Assembly (NCBI GenBank): GCA_026387315.1
Contig: JAPLLY010000008.1
Location: 50,069-114,068, forward strand
DNA: 64,000 nt
Direction of reading: 5' to 3'
DNA from: Candidatus Omnitrophota bacterium
GTDB taxonomy: Bacteria; Omnitrophota; Gorgyraeia; Gygaellales; Profunditerraquicolaceae
Part shown: in pieces, positions 63,995-64,000 of the stretch
How positions within the stretch are numbered: the first letter of the stretch is position 1
How the letters are laid out: each line of letters begins with the position of its first letter
Position numbers and translations under genes: made by a program
The notes under the pieces: model-generated
What the model was told of the DNA's origin: nothing
Databases searched by the model: none
The model's input: the letters and a program-made list of their open reading frames with translations, nothing else

Positions 63995-64000
63995 AAAAGA

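Overview
This window covers the replication-origin neighbourhood of an AT-rich, tightly packed bacterial chromosome. It looks like an uncultivated small-genome lineage, but the taxon cannot be fixed from sequence alone.

**Layout.** Every credible gene from 1 to about 51.9 kb is on the minus strand, and every gene from about 52.4 kb onward is on the plus strand. The switch lies between rpmH and dnaA, where DnaA boxes and a near-consensus promoter sit, so this is very likely oriC.
- Leftward from the origin: rpmH-yidD-yidC-jag(N-terminal domain only)-parA-parB-ndk-yicC-gmk-rpoZ-coaC.
- Rightward from the origin: dnaA-dnaN-DUF721-gyrB-gyrA-tRNA-Glu-glmS-rsmI.
- The remaining genes are mostly housekeeping: thrS-infC-rpmI-rplT, two trkA plus trkH, pheST, rarA, a cyclophilin, a UvrD-like helicase, iscU, MTHFS, rny-ymdB, xseAB, dxs, a four-subunit 2-oxoacid:ferredoxin oxidoreductase and gltX.

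**Accessory patches.**
- A two-component system, a LemA/TPM operon and a decayed mgtA remnant (2-7 kb).
- A Fic gene with three tiny membrane-protein genes next to tRNA-Gln (7.7-9.7 kb).
- A nucleotidyltransferase module split by a 235-bp element with terminal inverted repeats (9.8-11.1 kb).
- A BrnT/BrnA toxin-antitoxin pair (31.9-32.4 kb).
- A tRNA-Cys/Leu/Val array with LAGLIDADG, Bro-N and HNH genes wedged between the tRNAs (42.6-45.3 kb).
- A GxxExxY cassette at the right edge.

**Most unusual property.** Several unrelated families of short palindromic repeats fill almost every intergenic gap. They include GGGGACGGTTCT hairpins, CCCCGCACC hairpins, a roughly 60-nt GC-rich leader repeat, and heptamer- or octamer-periodic palindromes. 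Several are translated in frame inside essential genes: thrS, pheT and the oxidoreductase alpha subunit.

**Not found.** I saw no CRISPR array, rRNA, integrase or transposase. I also did not find a clear-cut novel multi-gene system; the best candidates are flagged as findings with their uncertainties.
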